Shown here: positions 1 through 14,408 of the stretch, piece after piece
Layout of the letters: the number at the start of each line of letters is the position of its first letter
How positions within the stretch are numbered: the first letter of the stretch is position 1
Assembly (NCBI RefSeq): GCF_036321535.1
Contig: NC_087436.1
Span: 29,452,001 to 29,516,000 of the forward strand
Length of the DNA stretch: 64,000 nucleotides
From: Camelus dromedarius
Lineage: Eukaryota
Direction of reading: 5' to 3'
The notes under the pieces: generated by a model
The model's input: the letters and a program-made list of their open reading frames with translations, nothing else
The model's database searches: none
What the model was told of the DNA's origin: nothing
Made by a program: the position numbers and the translations under genes

Positions 1-1049
1 GATGTTATTAAATTATATGTTACATGTTATTAAACATGTAATTTCTAGAAAAGTATAAATGAGCAAGTATGATTCAAAGACATAGAAAATTTACATGACT
101 CTTCATGACTTATATTTTTAGTACTGCCAAAGGTTAAAAAAGAAGGGACCATGAATTTGCAGGCTTCTTTCAGGATTTTAAAAATTTGAGAAGTTAATTA
201 AAATAATTTTCAATCTTATGTTTGGTATTAGATATTGTAATAGGTGTGTGAAAATGTGATGTGACAGATAATGTAAAAATATTAGATATTGTGAAAAGCA
301 TCTTAAAATTGAAAGTTATTAGAATATAGTAAAGACTAATGTGTTTTAAATGATAACTACCAAAATCATACAACAATATAACAGTAAAGTATTAGACTAT
401 TATATAATAAAATACTAGGTTTTATTTCAGAAATAAAGCATGGTTGAAAATTGAGTAAAAACATTTGTCATGTCATTCATTAAAAGAAAATCCACTAAAA
501 GTCATAAATTTATGAAATTAGAATATGAAGGTATTAACATTAATAATATATCATTACTTTATATCTGTATACTGTATGACTATATATCATTAACTAATGG
601 CATAGAAAATTGTGTAACCTTGATTATACATTAAAAAGTGGTTTTAAAACTATGCAATTTGATACCTTTTTACATACACACTACAAGTAGACATGCTTTA
701 CTGTCTGAAGGGAGTAAAAATAATATCGAAGCATACTCAAATAGTAAGGGGCAATACTTTTACATTAATTAAGGCTTCGACTTAGTAAAGTATAAAACTA
801 TATGCCAAACAGCCCTGCTTTTTCACATTAACATTATGAAGACAAATTTTGGTCACTATGTGCAAAGAAGGCAATTGAGTTGAGACCACCATACACCTCT
901 TCACATCTTTTAAAATTCCCAGCCTCTCTCCCATGATCACATCTATTGGTACCAAGTTCTTTCAGCCATGAAGTGATCAAAGTGAAGAAAGGCAGGTAGA
1001 AGTTTTAAGATTTTACCACTATGAATACTCAAGATTAGGGTAATTTGAA

Positions 1050-1059
1050 TATATAAATA

Positions 1060-1102
<43 letters not shown>

Positions 1103-1228
1103 TATATATAAAACACACAGAGTAACGACATATATGTTACTCTGTGTTATGTATACATATGTATGTGTGTGTGTATATATAAATATATATATATAAAAAA
1201 CATTGGTATATAATATATATGTGTGTGA
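1050..1228. repeat. compound microsatellite (TA)n/(AG)n/(TG)n
   Basis: Direct dinucleotide runs, e.g. (ag)10 at 1081-1100 flanked by (ta)n runs. Confidence 0.95.
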
Positions 1229-2334
1229 ATTTGTTTGTACCAATATTAAAATTATCTTTTGATTAGATGCTGGAAATGTGTTCGCCTCATCTGTTTATGC
1301 TTTTTAAAATTTTCCACTTCTTTATGCATTTAGCGATTTTATAATTTAGGAAAGTAACACATTTAAACACACAGAAGTTAAAAAACATGCATAAAATAAA
1401 TATGGATCATTGAAGAAAAATACACACTACAGGCAAAACACAGTAATTCATAAATACAAAACAGAATGCAATAAGCAATGCAGCTACAAATAAACTTTCT
1501 GGGTATGTGAGGCAAGGATAGCATTAGAATAGACTAAAATGGATAAAGATGATTTAATAGGGTGGCTAGCAAATAGAATTTCTACAACCTAGACAGAAAT
1601 GGAGTCAGAAAAGCTGAAGAAGAAAAGATGACAAAGGAACACATGTGAAGGTGGATCAGGTAAGAAACAATATGGGAGAGTGTGCCTACGCTAGAAATAC
1701 AGAGGAATAGTGCAGAAAGATTAAAAAATCTGTATGAAGATACTGGTGAGCATTTTCATTTAAATTATTAAGAGGAAAAAAAAACTGTGCAACATTGCAA
1801 AAGGCAGAAATAGAATTGTATTTGAGAATAAGTTGAGATCATTATATACTTGGGTTGAATATACAGAACTATGTGTGAAGAGGAATCAAAACATTTAAAC
1901 TAAATTATGTTTAAGGTCTTCTAAAATTGTTACATTATAACATTTAACGTGTTTATTTGAGATTAATAACAATATTAGTTTTATTTCATTTATTTCACAA
2001 TATTGATTTGTTCTTGTTTTGTATGCAGATGTTTAAATTTAGTTAATATGCATAATGAGAAAAATCACATTTTACTGTATTCTGCATATGCTGACCATTT
2101 TAAAGAAGAAACAATTTTAAGGTGTCTCATAGAAACTAGGTAAGTGTTGTTTATTTTCTCCTAGAAAAGGAGAGCTATCATGTAGTGATTTTCTTCTATT
2201 TCTAGCTGTTTTCGTTGACATGTACCTATCTTATTATGAATCAACAGTTTGATGTAAATGCACATGACTCATTTTCTATCTGCATATATGCAATTAATAA
2301 ATAGAATGGCATAAATAGGATAATATAATGAAAA

Positions 2335-2560
2335 TAATAAAATCATTAATAATTACTATGTGCCAGGCACTGCTTTTTCTGTTTTATGTGTATTAATTCA
2401 TTTAATCCTTCACAACAACTTTATTAGGTAGGCATTATCATTATCCACATTTGCAGAAACTTTGTTTTGTGTAGATAACGTACATTTCCAACCATCACCC
2501 AGAGAGTATATGACTGAGCTGAAATTCGAATCTAGGAGGTGTTGTGTGGTCAGAGAGTTG
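2335..2560 (-). mobile_element. MIR SINE remnant
   Basis: tactatgtgccaggcactg...attcatttaatccttcacaacaac...attatccacatttgcaga is the reverse of the MIR core/tail. Confidence 0.75.
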
Positions 2561-3543
2561 GTGCTCTTAGCTATCAAGTTATATTACTTGTCATGGGTAA
2601 AATGTATTCCATTAATATTAATGTATGAATTCCATATTATATTCCCAAACAACTTCTATTGTTTTCAACAGCTTTAATACAAATGTGGATTATATATGTT
2701 TAGTAGACTTCAGCCAAAAATATTCTCTTCCTGCTTTATCTTTTTCCAACAAAGAACATTTTTATATTTAAAAAAAATCAAAATCTCTTCCTCCACTTAC
2801 ATTATTACAAAGTTCACTGGATCATGACTTTGTGTAACCATGAACAAAATCATCTCATCTCCATTTTCTGAGCTACTAATTACATGCGGCACATTAAATC
2901 AAGTCCACTTGGGGAAAGACCACTTAATTAATTAATTTAATTAACAATAAGACAGAAGAGGGGATACAGTTATCACATGATAATCACTCCCTTGGGATAG
3001 TTTTCTGGCACAACATGTTCCATATTTGAGTGGTAAAAGAATAGCCCTTCTTTATTAGCTTTATTAAGTTGCACCTAAGCAAACTCCTGAACACAAAGCA
3101 TAGGATAATGTATTTCCACGTAGAATTCAGACAAGAATTTTTATATAATCTCAAAATATTTAGGCACTTTAACGTTTTCACAACATAATATTTTTGTAAT
3201 GGGAAAGAGGGATTAATGATAAATACAGTCCCTTTTCTGTCCTGTGTGATTTGCTTCCAGGAAATACTTGCATAAAGATGAATACTTATTTTCTAACCAG
3301 TCAAGTTTCAACTTAGAGGTAACACTACCTGGAACAGATGTCAGAATCTTGAACAAAATACTGAGGTTTTATTTTCGTCAGCTTGCTACAAATTCAATTA
3401 AACAAGAGCTCCTCATTACTTAAGAAGTGGGTACTATAAAATGTGACCTTTTAAAATTGAATGTAGTCATGAAGTTTGACTGGTAAACTAGAAGGATTTA
3501 TCTGTTGGAACACAAAGAGTAGTACATAGAGTAATGGTTACTG

Positions 3544-5545
3544 TTTTATATTGTGGTAATAATATAAATAAAATATAACATAAAAGTTGCTGGATTAAAC
3601 ACTTTCTAATTGCACAGAACTGTGTAATTAAGTATATTCACATTATCAGGCAAACATTACCATCGTTCACCTCCAGAACTTTTTCTTCTCCCCAGCTGAA
3701 ATTCTGTATGCGTTAAACACGAATTCCCCACATCTTCCTCCCCACAGTCTCTGACAACCACCATTCTAGTTTTTTACTCTATGAATTTGACTATTCTAGG
3801 TACCTCACATAAGTCGAATCATACAGTATTTGTCCTTTTGTGTCTGGCTTATTTCACTGAGCATAATGTCTTCAAGGTTCATCCATGTTGTAGCAAGCGT
3901 CAGAATTTCCATATTTTTTAAGGCTAAAAAATATTGCATTGTGTGTATGCATCATATTTTGCTTATCTGTCCATGGACATTTGGATTGTTCTCCCCTTTT
4001 TAGTTATTGAGAAAAATGCTGCTATAAATATGGGTGTGCAAACATCTGTTTGAGTCTCTGCTTTCAATACTTTTGGGTATATTCCCAGAAGTGGAATTGC
4101 TGGGTCATATGGCAATTCTATATTTAATTTTTGAGGAAATATCATTATGTTTTCCATAGCAGCTGCATCATTTTACATTCTCACCAGCAATGCACAAGAG
4201 TTCCAATTTCTCTACATTCCAACCAACAATTATTTTTTGTTTATTTTGTTTTGCCTATTGTATCTTATAACAGTAAAGCTAATGGGTGTGAAATGATTTG
4301 TCATTGTGCTTTACATTTGCATCCCTAGTGATTAGTAATGTTAAATATCTTTCATGTGCTTATTGGCCATTCGTATGTCTCTTGAAAAATGCTTATTCAA
4401 GTTCTTTGCCCATTTTTAAATCAGGTTATTTGTTGCGTTGTTATTGTTGTTGTTGAGATGTAGAGGTTCTTTATATATTCTTTATATATTCCGGATATTA
4501 GCCTCTTTTCAGTTATATGATTTCCAAGTATTTTTCTCAAATTCCATGGGTTGTCTTTTAATTCTATTCATAGTGTCCATAAAAGTTTTTAATTTTTACA
4601 TGTCTAACTTACCTATTTTTCTTCTGTTGCCTGTGCTTTGGTATCATAGCCAAGAAACCACTGCCAAACATAGTGTTATAAAGCTCTTCCCCTAAGTTTT
4701 TCCTAAGAGTTTTATAGTTTTAGTTCTTATGCTTTGGTCTTTGAGCTATCTTGAGTTATTTTTGTATATGGTATATTGTAAAGATCCTACTTCATTCCTT
4801 TGCATCTGGATATCCAGTCTTCACAACATCATTTGTTGAAAAGATTATATTCTTTTTCTATTGGTACCCTTGTCAAAAATCATTTGACTATATATGGATG
4901 GGAAAGCTTATTTTCAAATTCTGTCTTTCTGTTCTATTCCATTGCTACACACACACACACACACATATTTAAGCATTTTATCTTATATTTGATGCTATTA
5001 TAAATGGAATTGTTTAATTTTATTTTTGGATTGTTCATTGTTAATGTACCGAAACAGAAATGTTTTTAGAGTGTTGATTTTGTGTCTTGCAACTTTGTTG
5101 AATATTTTTATTAGTTCTAACAAGTGTGTGTGTGTGTGTGTGCACGCTTGTGTGCATGCACGCATGCACTTGTGTGGACTCTTAAATTTTCTACATATAC
5201 GACCATGACGTCTGTGAACAGAGATGGCTTCCTTTCCAATTTTGATGACTTTTATTTCTTTTTCTTACCTAATTGCTCTGGCTAGGCCTTCCAGTACTAT
5301 TTTAAATAGAAGTGGTGAGAGTGAGGATACTTATCTTGCTCCTGATCTTAGAGAAAAAATTTTAGTCTTTCACCACTGAGTATGTGTGGTTTTTCATAAA
5401 TGGCCTTCATTCTGTTGAAATTATTTCCTTTTATTCCTAGTTTATTGAGTGTTTTTATCAAGAAAGGGGTTGAATTTTGTCAAACACTTTTTCTACATTA
5501 ACTGAGATTATAACATGTGTTTCTTCTTTATTCTGTTAATAAGTG
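3544..5545 (-). mobile_element. old LINE-1 (L1MB-like) 3' UTR plus degenerate ORF2 C-terminus
   Basis: Minus ORF 3963-4157 ([20 protein letters not shown]...CTPIFIAA) is the L1 ORF2 C-terminus. L1MB-type 3' UTR at ~3544-3850. Many stops; internal (CA)n and (TG)n runs. Confidence 0.9.
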
Positions 5546-7329
5546 GATGATAAAACAGAACATTTTATTATTCTAAAGATCTACTGATGTGACATTTCAT
5601 GCTAATTTTGCCAAGTAAAGCAAAGCAAATTGCATACAACAGACTGCTATGTCAATGACTAAGATAAATTTAAAATCCTTTTTTGCTTCCTATTAAAAAA
5701 AAGAAAAAAAAACTTGGTCTGAGCATTTTATTATCCAATTTAAATGATTTGTCTGATAATTACTGACAATGATACATAATTTTCTACAGAATAAAGCCAA
5801 ATTTTCTTTTAATAGCATCCAAATCGCTTATGCAATCCTCTGCCAATACTAACACTGTTCCTTCTGCTTTGAATTATGCATTTCGATTTGCCTACTGTTG
5901 ATGAATCTTCCAATTCATACTTCAAAATAGAGTTCAAATGTAACATTTTCTAAATTGCATGAGCACATTTTATATCACTGTGTCATCAAACATTACTCTT
6001 TAATACGGTTTATAATTTTTTTTCTGTTTCTACACAAATCGGCAATTTTAAGGGCATCTCCTGCTCCTGGGTGAAGTGTCTGGCATGAAACGGGCTCTTA
6101 ATATCTATTCAATTAAATGAATCAATAACTAACGACTAGCAAGAATTTTTTTCAAATCTTAATGTTCCATTTTTTTCTATTTAAATTTCAAATTGGGAAC
6201 GTCATATATATTTATGTTCATATTACTGTCTTCTATATTGAAAGTACCTTGTGAAAGTGGACAGTATCTTAATTTAAGGTCTATAGTATGTAGCATACTT
6301 ATTAGTTAAATCTATTGTGTAAGTTTATAATTTTTCAGTTTATTTATTCCTTACTCATGAACCTTTTACTCTTCTGAACATAGACAAATAAAATATTTAA
6401 AGTATGAAATGATTTTCTAAAATAAAATGCAAAATATGAATTAATCTTAAAAAAGTATTCCTCTGAACCTTTCCAAACAATAGCAGGTATGTACAATCTG
6501 CCCTTTTAGTTAAAAGTGGCTTTGGTATTCAGCAACAAAATACAACGGGATGCTAGAACGAACATATGATGTGTTTGATGCTGTATATTCAAACTCAGAT
6601 AGCAACAAACTACTGAGTTTTATATGAGGATTCAATTTGCAAAATATCATTAAAACACTTTGAATTGAGGGTCAAAGAGCTTCAGTGTAATTGAAATCTT
6701 CACAATATGCATTTATGCGTAATGATCGATTTTTTACTCCCCAAGTACTCCTTACTGTGAAAAGACTTTAAATATGTAAATTATAGTATAACATAATTTA
6801 GCAGGTCAATCAAATGAATAAGTAATTGATAAATTAACGTGTTCAGTTTTCAGGGTTAGAGTGAAACGTCTATAACTCTTAGTATTCAAATTGCCTGATT
6901 CTTTTCCCCCTTAATTCCAAATTATTCTGTTGGTGTTCTTTATTTTGGAGATCTGTTTGATCAATCTTAATAGTATAATTTCAGTTTAAATGTATACATC
7001 TAAAATTATAATCCAGAAATCAAAGGTAATTTCCTATAATGGTTGCTGAAATGTGTTTGTAGCCTATGCTATGACCAGCAGAAAGTCAAATATAAACAAA
7101 TGAATAAACCTGAAATAGAACATCAGGGCTATTTATGAATTGTATTTAATTGGTAACTAAAAATATAGAACTTGTAGTTATATCTATGACATTAGAAATT
7201 AGTCATATCTAATTTTCTCTTTTCTAAATCAAAAATTGAAGCCTGGAGAGATTAAATGGTTTGTCCTGATCATACTGAGACCAGGGATTTAGGTCACTAA
7301 AATTTAAATCTAGTGTTTCTCAATCTAGT

Positions 7330-8900
7330 TTAAGTGTGAAACTGAAGATTAAACTTTCTCTTCCCGCACATATCCAGTGTCATGTTTTGAAGACTACTCC
7401 TGTGTTCCATTCTAGGTGAGTGTGATCAAGAAGACTAGGGTTTTCTCTGTCCCCTCCACAAACCCCAGTCTAACACTACAGTTTCACTTCATAAGAGCAG
7501 ATGAAAGGTTTCTCATCCCAAACAAGGCCCATGTTGGAACAGCTTTATTCCATGCAGATATGGCCAAAAAGACCCAGGCTCCCTTTACCAGCCCAAACCT
7601 GTACACTTAGAGAAGAGGCTCTGCCTCAGGAGCCATAGGCTGAAATACTGAGCAGTGATTGCCCCCAACCCTGTCACAGCCTCAGTCCATTCGTAGAGCA
7701 GAGGTCCCACCCAAAGAGGGGTGGTGGACTACACCCCACAAGCCTACAAGGCCCCTAGTGGCCCAGCTTCAACAAGGAAGAAAGAGCCTGGAGTCAGTGA
7801 CAGAGGCATCAGTGGTTTAGCGGATAGGAGGATCTTAATGTGCCTGAAGCAAGGTCTTGGCATGACTCACCACCGTGTGTGCTGGACGGGTGGCCAGGAC
7901 ATGGTGGCAAGGGGCGGCAAGGTTAACAGTTACGGGGGAATTGACGTTAGGTTGGCTCATTGGTTACCACGGAAACCATCAGAGGCACACGCCCTTCACC
8001 TCCCCTTTGATAAGAAAAATCACCAGCTGGGCTTGGGGCAAGTAGGTAGGAAGGTCAGTCCTGCGAGTAGGGTGTAGGTGAAGTAGGCACTGGTCGAGCA
8101 GGGGGTGTACAGAGAGCGAGAGAACAGCCATCTTGAGTGGCCTGACCATACAAGGAGGCAAGCTAAGAAGACCAGGAGCTACCACACAGCCCAGAGCTTG
8201 CTCGTAGACCATGGATGGGTGTCACTCTGGGAGAAGCCAGCTGCTGTCCCTAGCACAGAGTTTCCTCCTAATGGGGGGACAGGCCATAAAGACAAGGAGC
8301 TCCACTGTCTTGCTTGAGGATATTGACTTTATATGGAGCACAGCTGGAAGAATGTCATGCCTAAGACCACTGCTGAAGAGAATGGAGACATTGGTGGAGA
8401 GCAGTTCAGAGGGTATGAGTGGCTCCATGAAACTGAGAGCAACAAGCAGGACAGCAGAACACCCAGAAGTTTAACAGGAACAAGCAGGGGAGAACCCACG
8501 GAGAATACAGCCATGGAGAACCCTCCTGGGATTACAGACAACCTTGAGTTGGGGAATTCTATGCATGTACCAGACTGAACAGAAGGACAGGGGCAGACTG
8601 AAAGCTTTTGCCAAGCTGCAAACCGATCATCAAATAGTAGAAACCTCACTGGCACAACATCTTAAGCAAAACTTCTGGCCAACACAAGCTGAACAATAAG
8701 CCACACTGATCCAGAGACAACTTCTAAGACAGCAGATTATAAAATAAAATCCCATGCTTCCCTGGCTGTCTGAAGACTGTATGGGTGGCTATGGGTATAT
8801 CCTCTCAGAAGCACTTAGAGAAGGAAATTCCAAGCTACAAGGCCTGCTTGAATGTGGGCAAAAACATACACATTCTGAATTATGATAACAATCTACCAGT
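7330..8900 (+). mobile_element. old L1M-type 5' region, interrupted by a solo LTR
   Basis: GC-richer block resembling ancient L1M 5' UTRs (ggcaagctaagaagaccag, gagagcaacaagc, ccctcctggg). Boundaries approximate. Confidence 0.5.
7722..8152 (-). mobile_element. ERV solo LTR (~431 bp)
   Basis: Minus strand starts TGtatggtcaggccactcaagatggc and ends ...gtagtccacCA. Flanks agggg (7717-7721) and aggag (8153-8157) form a 5-bp TSD with 1 mismatch. CCAAT box at 7959-7963. Confidence 0.8.
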
Positions 8901-9583
8901 CACACACAAACCTCCAAACAAACAAGGGATACAATGGATGCTATAGAAACAATGATCCTGCCTTAGATCCTTTGGCTCATAAGCCATTGACTTACATTCT
9001 CCCTTTCAGATAAACAATTTAATATACCTATATCTATATGAAGCTCACTTATATGGCCCCTGACATGTGAAAATCTACAGTCCCATCGAGGCAGTACTAT
9101 AAGCAGCTCCAGGTGTAATACCTCTGGGTAACATGCGAGTCTCTTTATCAAGTCTAAATGTTCTTCAAAATAAGAGATTCTTCATACAGTTTGGGATCAC
9201 AATGTGTATGCCTTGTTCTAAAAAGCTAAATTAAAAAAAATACAAATAATAAAGAGAAATTTCAAAGTCACATAAAAATAAATTACTTACTGTTAATTAT
9301 CAAACTTTGAAATTTATTCCTAATAAGGTCTTTAATTTTTTAAAATGTATTCCTAATTAATTTAATAGTAAATATATGGCTTCACATTATCTATCTATAT
9401 GCTATTAAATTATCATATCTTCTTTCAAGTAAGTGAATTACCACATGATTTAATACTCAGTGATGGGAGAAATTTTCACATGTTGAGGTATGGGGAAGTC
9501 ATTCTGGCTTATACATGACTTGGATTGAACTTTATGTTAACTAGAACTGCCTGTCTAAATCTGCCAAACATGCATTGCACAAC

Positions 9584-10094
9584 TGTTTTTACCATTAAAG
9601 AAAAAATACATTTAAAATTCAAAACAGAGTTAACTATGGTTCAGGTCTCCAAAATGGAGCTGGGTGGCCAGTGTGGATGTGGTTTCAGATACATTCCTAC
9701 ATCACTGAGAACTCTAATTTTCTGAACTGTATCAAACTCAGGGACACCACCAGCTTTTCTCAAAACAGTATCTGCTATCAGCTGTCAACTGCAACCTTAT
9801 GGTCTCAATGTTTCTCCTCGTAACCATGCAATCATTTTGGACCCCAGCCAATCCTTACTTAACAAGTACCCTTAACTTCTTGCCAGTTCAACTCTAATTC
9901 TGGATAAACAACTCCTCTAGCTAACTGTAACTTTGCATTTTTTGACTATATGAGCCTCCCCCATTTCGTAGTTGGACAGAACAAAATTCAAGTGCTTCCT
10001 GAAACCGCCTCCCCAGCTACAGTTCTCAGTTTGGCTCAAACAAGACTTTTTTCTATTCCTATTACGGATTGTTTGCTGATTATTTCTGTTGACA
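9584..10094 (+). mobile_element. old ERV1-class solo LTR (MER-type)
   Basis: caaaatggag near the start, ccaat, and a U5-like end agttctcagtttggctcaaacaagac...tctgttgaCA. Left boundary uncertain. Confidence 0.55.
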
Positions 10095-10335
10095 GCAGTA
10101 TAGTTTAGTAGTTAAAACAAAGTGCACTGTAATCCTATTTGGTTCAAACCTTAGTTCTCTCAGCTACTAGAAACGTAAGCATGGGCACCTTAACGGTAAC
10201 TCTCTGTCACAGTCTCTTCACCAGTATACCTGAGAAACTATTCTATCTTATTTGGTTTTTGTATTAAATGACATGATATATGAAAAACACTTAAAAGACT
10301 TCTTGGCATATACTAAAAACTCAGTATTTGTTTGC
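10095..10335 (+). mobile_element. MIR SINE remnant
   Basis: gcagtatagtttagtagttaaaa...ggttcaaacc...attaaatgacatgatatatgaaaaacactta...tggcatata. Confidence 0.65.
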
Positions 10336-11169
10336 TTTTACTAAAAGTAAAAATTTACTGATACTTTACTAAGTTGAGTGAAGACAATGAAATAAAAATT
10401 ATATTAAATTCTAACCCTGCCACCTAAATCTTGGCCCAGAAATATGAATAGAAGGCTGACATATCTACAAGAGTTACTGAATTCAAGATCTAAATATAAG
10501 ATATTAATTTATTATAATGTTGAAAGTTAAATAGCTTAAAGTTTGAATGGTGCTTACTGAAATAAAAGAAACTGAAGGTTTAATATATGGGTTCATATTC
10601 CATGGCTCATACTCAAAAACATATACCTATTTTTACCAACTGCTCGTCAAGTTGTAATTGATTATTTTTGCTTTTGAATATTTGAGCTTCTAAACAAATG
10701 CAAGAATCTATAAAAGAATCAAACATTATACAGACCAATAACTCAGGCTGTCTAGTGTTATTTCAGGCGTTCATTTCAGCTGCCTTGATTTCACTTTCTT
10801 AACAAGTATATCTATTTAAATATGAATACATTTTATAAAATTAACAACATTAAGAGTCCACATCAATCATATTGAAAAGTTAGGGAAAACAAAATATAAC
10901 ACTCATTTCACTTCAGTTCATAAAGTACAGTAATCTCTTACAACCATAAACCTTTGGATTTATATAAATAAACTCTGAATCCAGTTAGTCCATTGTCACA
11001 ACCCTGTACGCAGTGGCAATTTCTAACATCAGGGTTTCTTTCACATGTCAAGGACGAGTTTCTAAAGTGAGATATTCTGAAGTAAGATAAAGAAACATAA
11101 TACTTTCAACCATTTTATGCCACTACTTCTCACTGCTTTTTTTTTTTTTTTTTGTACACACCAGAGTGC

Positions 11170-11365
11170 ACGGGTGTGCTGGCAAATGTTAACTGGTTCT
11201 CTGGGAAAAACAGCGCTGGTTTGCAGGATTTGCCATTTTCATGATGCACTTTCTCCCGTGGAGACTGATTTCCTTCTACCGATGTGATGCCACTCAACAG
11301 AGGGCTGAGGGAAAAAAAATGTATGTAGTGCCTCTTGTGAGCAGTGGACAGGAGCCAGCTCAAGT
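11170..11365. mobile_element. hAT-family MITE (MER63-like)
   Basis: gtgtgctggcaaatgttaactggttctctgggaaaaa...tttgcaggatttgccattttcatg...gagccagctc resembles MER63. Confidence 0.55.
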
Positions 11366-13913
11366 CACATTCATTACAGTGGTTTTCAGAGAATGTCTTG
11401 CCAGAAGGTATCAGAATTCAGGGCTGGGGGTAGTAAAGCAATTGTTTAGCTGATTCTGTCTGTGCTATACAGATTATATATTTAGCTTATTGAATAGCAA
11501 TTCTTTGTTTAATTAATATCAGATGTGCTTTTATTCTAAAGTAATGATAGCATTTTTATTTATATTCACATAACGTTTTTAAGTTTCTAAGAGGGTGTTC
11601 TGAATCTTTTAGGAATATGAGCTTTCATAAAAAAGGAAGCATAGCTAACAGAGTTGTTATTAAGCTAGTCTTCATGGAACAGAGGGGTTCTATTGCGGTG
11701 CTCAAAAGGAGCAAATGAGCTTTTATCTCTTTTACTTGCTTGTTTCCTTTCAGGATTTTTAATTAATTAATTTAATATTAATTAATTAATATGTTGCTTA
11801 AATATTGAAAAAAAACAATCCTAGTTAATACAGCACAGAATTTGAAGTCACATGGGTAAGATTTCAAATCCCAGCTGATAAAATTGTATGACCTCAGTAA
11901 GTAAACGTGGCCTCTCTGGGCAGCGGCTGTGAAGACAACAGAAATGGTTAGCAAAATACCCACCAGTTTTGCAACAGATTTTAGTTACATGCTGTTACCA
12001 CTCATGATGACTTCCAAATGATTGCTGAATTCTCAGGAGTTTCACTGTTGCCATAATGTATAACGATTGTTAAACTGCTCAAAATTGATTTACTTAACAC
12101 CAGAGCAATAATTTAAGACTTTCTATATGTTTATTTCATTGTCTGGAACCATTGTAACTGTCCTAAGCTTCTCTTAGTTCTCCATGAGGAAACTGCTTTT
12201 TCCTTAGCCAACTCTGTATCCCCATACAAACTAAAACAAACATCTTATCCTATCATCCTATTTTTTTTCTTTAGGTTAGAAATAAGGTTTCCTTACATAA
12301 ACCGTGAATTTCAAAGCCTTTCTTGTTTTCTGGTCTACTCTGTTCCTCTCTTCCAGTTTCAAATTTTTCACTGCCTCTTGTCAAATCATTTTGTTCTCAA
12401 CCTATTTCATAAATTGAAAAATTTATCAGACTCCATGTCAAACTTTCTTTCCTTTTATTAATTCAGCAATAAACCCATGGGGTTTTATGAGTGTTAAATG
12501 AAGTCATATATGTGAAACAGAACAGTGCCTGACCTACAGAAAAGGCTTAATAAATGTTAGCTATTACTAATACATATGTATTGATTTTCTACCGTGTTTT
12601 GTGTTCTGTGAAAGGTGCTAGTCATAAAGCAACTAACAACTGATGCCGACTGCTCCTAACAAGTACTGATATTCTGAAGCAAGATAAGGAGAAGTAAACA
12701 GAAAACTGCTTAGAGGATACATAGCATTATCATAGAAAACAAACATCTGAAAATTAAAGGAGAGTTCTTGGAAGAAGAGAAATCTAAGCTAATATTAGTG
12801 AATACTAAGATTTTCAGCCGTATCACTCATAAAATATGCCCTATAAAGGAATGTACCAGATTTTAAAAACACAATATTGTTTTGCGCTATTTAAGATGGA
12901 TGTAAACTGAAAGAACATCTAGTTCTATCTTTTATTGAATCAGTAAGAAGAATCAGACTCAGAGGGGCTAAAGGATAGATCTGTGGTTTCAGATAACATT
13001 TAAAGCAGTTTATTGTTGAAATACAAGTGCAGTTCAACCACTGAAAATCAAAAGAACTCAATAAATTATTTTTTTGGTCCAAAAGAACTTGTTAGTAATC
13101 TTGTATTCCTGTTTCCTTGTGAGGGAGAACTGTTAACAAATGGAATGGAAATCTCAGTTAATCTATTAAAAAAAATTTTTTTTGAGTGTAAACAATGTGT
13201 CATAGTTCAAGTAGTGAAAATAAATAAACCTACAATCTACTTTCTTCCGCTGCTTACCTTCACATAGAAGGCAATCAACATATAACACTAAGAATAAACA
13301 GTAAGCCAGATGGTCATGAGGGCTCTGGAGGAAAATAACGTAGATAGGGAAGAAAGAGAGTATTTCATTTTTTTTTAAATAATATCATCACAGAGGGTCT
13401 TTACTTTTAAAAGTGACATGTGATCACAGATCAGAAGGAGGTGGGTGTTCAAACCAGGAAACAGGTTTCCAGGAAGAAGGAAGATCAAGGGCAAGGACAT
13501 TCTTTGTAAAAGTCTTTGGCTTATCTGGGTAACAGCGATGAGATCATTATTGCTGCAGAGAAGTGAAGGAAGGGAGGAGAGAGGATCAGGACTATAGGTA
13601 AAAAGTCTGATAGGGCTCTAGGTCAAAGTGAAGAGTTTGAGGATGTGTGTCAGGAATTGACATACCTGATGGACCCTGGAATATAAACTGGAAAAAAAGA
13701 AAAGCGAGGAAATGATAAATTTTGAAATAGACTATGTATCAGAATATGACATTTCAATATGAAGTACAATGATGTGTAGACATGTATATAATTCTCAATC
13801 CATGAAATGACTATGTTGTACTAAGAAGAGATTCCAGAAGGAAAGTATCAAAAAATATCTTCTACTAGATAAATGAGAACCTCATAAGATATATGATAAT
13901 TACTGAACCATGA

Positions 13914-14282
13914 TTTTTTTAATAGTTTTGAAAGGTTACTTTCCTTTTACAGTTATTACAAATATTGGCTATATTTCCTGTGTTGTCAATACATCCTTGA
14001 GCTTATCTTATAACCAATAGTTTGTACCACCCAATGCCCTACCCCTACATTGTGTCCCTCCCCTCCATTGGTAATCACTAGTTTGTTCTCTACATCTGTG
14101 AGTCTGTTTCTTTTTTGTTATATTCAATAGTTTGTTGTATATATTTAGATTCCACATATAACTGACATCATACACTTGTCTTTCTCTGTCTGACTTATTT
14201 CACTTAGCATGAAGCCTCCCAAGTCCATCCCCATTGCTGCAAATGGCAAAATCCATTCTTTTTAATGTCTGAGTAGTATTCC

Positions 14283-14319
<37 letters not shown>

Positions 14320-14408
14320 ACATCACATCTTCTTTATCCATTAATCTGTTGATAGATACCTAGGTTATTTCCATATCTTGGCAACTGTAAATAATTCTGC
14401 TATGAGCA
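13914..14408 (-). mobile_element. 5'-truncated LINE-1 3' end with internal (TG)n
   Basis: 3' UTR is the reverse complement of the same type seen at ~56690-56905 (gggaatatagccaatatt, aacctttaaaa). Short poly(T) at 13914-13920; (TG)n at ~14285-14317. Confidence 0.9.

Noticed and set aside
943..1243. Tyr/Ile/Thr/His-rich ORFs
   Set aside because: Translations of dinucleotide microsatellites.
7721..8655. Cluster of overlapping 70-118 aa ORFs suggesting a gene or processed pseudogene
   Set aside because: Explained by a solo LTR nested in GC-richer L1 5' sequence. No recognisable domain or poly(A)/TSD signature.
11755..11792. (TTAA)n quasi-palindrome (similar at ~2923-2943)
   Set aside because: Short low-complexity AT sequence, expected at this base composition.
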